Part shown: positions 62,738 through 64,000 of the stretch, in pieces
Layout: each line of letters starts with the position of its first letter
How positions within the stretch are numbered: the stretch's first letter is position 1
Assembly: GCF_009914755.1 (NCBI RefSeq)
Contig: NC_060932.1
From: the human T2T-CHM13v2.0 reference genome, Homo sapiens
Length of the DNA: 64,000 nucleotides
Reading direction: 5' to 3' (one strand)
Made by a program: the position numbers and the translations under genes
Notes under the pieces: model-generated
Database searches by the model: none
Seen by the model: only the letters and a program-made list of their open reading frames with translations
Told to the model about the DNA's origin: nothing

Positions 62738-63735
62738 TAGCATTACCTTTTATCCCCGAAAACCCAGAGGTCAGATGAAGTCAGTGTAGTGCCTCATGTG
62801 GCTAATGACTTTCCCTCCATCCCACTTCAGGTTCTCTCCGCATTGCTTCAGCCACCCTGGGTTCCAGGGGGCCCACATGCCCCTTGGGTATTTCTGCAGT
62901 GAATCTTGTACATTTTACATTTCTCTCCAGAATATAAGGAAACAAAAGCACAGACAGCGTTTTCTCCTGGCAGTCCTGGTGACTTCTCTGTGTAGGGTTA
63001 GTATGGCAGTGGAGATAGCCCAACAGAGTGACCAAGGGACATGTCTTTGTGGCGAACGGAGGTTCCCTTTGTGGCCCAAGTCTGAAAGAAGCAGATGGGG
63101 CCATTTTGCAAGCTTTCTACTTAAAGAAAATCAGGAATAGAATAAAAAGGGGTTTTGGACGCACAGGCTCACGCAACAGAGCAGATGCAGGAAGCATCAA
63201 GCTGAGTTTTTCGGGAGGAAAAAAAAAGAAATGAGAACCCGAACAAGGCATTCCCCCTCCAGTGAAATAAAGACCCCAATGCTCCATTACACTGTCTGTT
63301 TAGCTCTCACAGCAGGGGTCCTGGGATTGCAGCCAGGTGCACAAACCAAGGCTATTTGCTGAAAGACAATGGCACCCAGCCTTTAGCCAGTGCAGCCTCG
63401 CGCATGTGCTTGGGAGAGCCACAGCCTCCGAGTGGCTATGTTGGTGGCAGCCTGGCAACCTCACGTTTTTCTGAAGGCTGGAGGGGCTGGGGGAGAGGCA
63501 GTGTGGAGGAGTTGGCAAGGGCAGTGGGTCTGGGGCTTTAAACAATCTCAAATGCCCTGTGGCTTTCTAAGTCTTTGGTAAATTACCCTTTATTCTCTTT
63601 GTTAAGCCTCAGCAGCCTGGAATTGTCTCCTCAAAAGTCAGCCATCTGTTCCCCTCCTGTCTATATTCCGACCGCAAAAAAGGGGCTTAATTTCAGGAAA
63701 AGACTATTCTTTCCTTTAAAAATAATGGAAAAGGA

Positions 63736-64000
63736 GCCAGGCACGGTGGCACGTGCCTGTAGTCCCAGCTACTAGGGGCGTGGGAGGCCTGAGATGGGAG
63801 GATCGCTTGAGGCCAGGACTTCTGGGCTGTAGTGCACCATGCCAATAGAGTGTCCACACTAAGTTCAGCATCCATGTGACCTCCCAGCAGTGGGGGACCA
63901 CCACATTGCCTAAGGATGAGTGAAACCACCCGGGCCGGGAATTGAGCAGGTTCAAACTCCCATGCTGATCAGTAATGGGATCACGCCTGTGAATAGCCAC
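63736..64000 (+). pseudogene. 7SL (SRP RNA) retropseudogene, cut by the window end
   Basis: Alu domain followed by S-domain sequence TTCTGGGCTGTAGTGC..CACTAAGTTCAGCATC..TTGCCTAAGGA..GAGCAGGT.AAACTCCC.TGCTGATCAGTA.TGGGATC.CGCCTGTGAATAGCCAC; many substitutions and CpG decay. Confidence 0.95.

Overview
Primate (human or great-ape type, since AluY copies are present) non-coding DNA, either intronic or intergenic. I find no supportable protein-coding exon: the listed ORFs are Alu, L1, LTR or minisatellite read-throughs, or short chance ORFs. Interspersed repeats dominate: about 32 Alu copies or fragments, several L1 remnants (one with recognisable ORF2 endonuclease residues), L2/MIR relics, solo LTRs (MLT1, THE1, MER4A1-like, MER57, LTR43/MER61-like, ERVL types) and DNA-transposon relics (MER47, MADE1, MER2, MER5, Tigger2a). 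A 7SL retrocopy runs off the right edge. Structures not explained by plain repeat labels: a 15-bp minisatellite with a 241-bp higher-order period rich in T-box half-sites; a 59-bp near-perfect AT-rich inverted repeat; a ~190-bp inverted duplication of an Alu 3' end plus unique flank about 1 kb from its source; a (CAG)12 tract grown from a MER5A seed; several atypical Alu junctions; and a few motif clusters that look like developmental enhancers. I do not see a new biological system, and I cannot identify the locus. Subfamily names come from recalled consensus sequences. Boundaries without a TSD are approximate.
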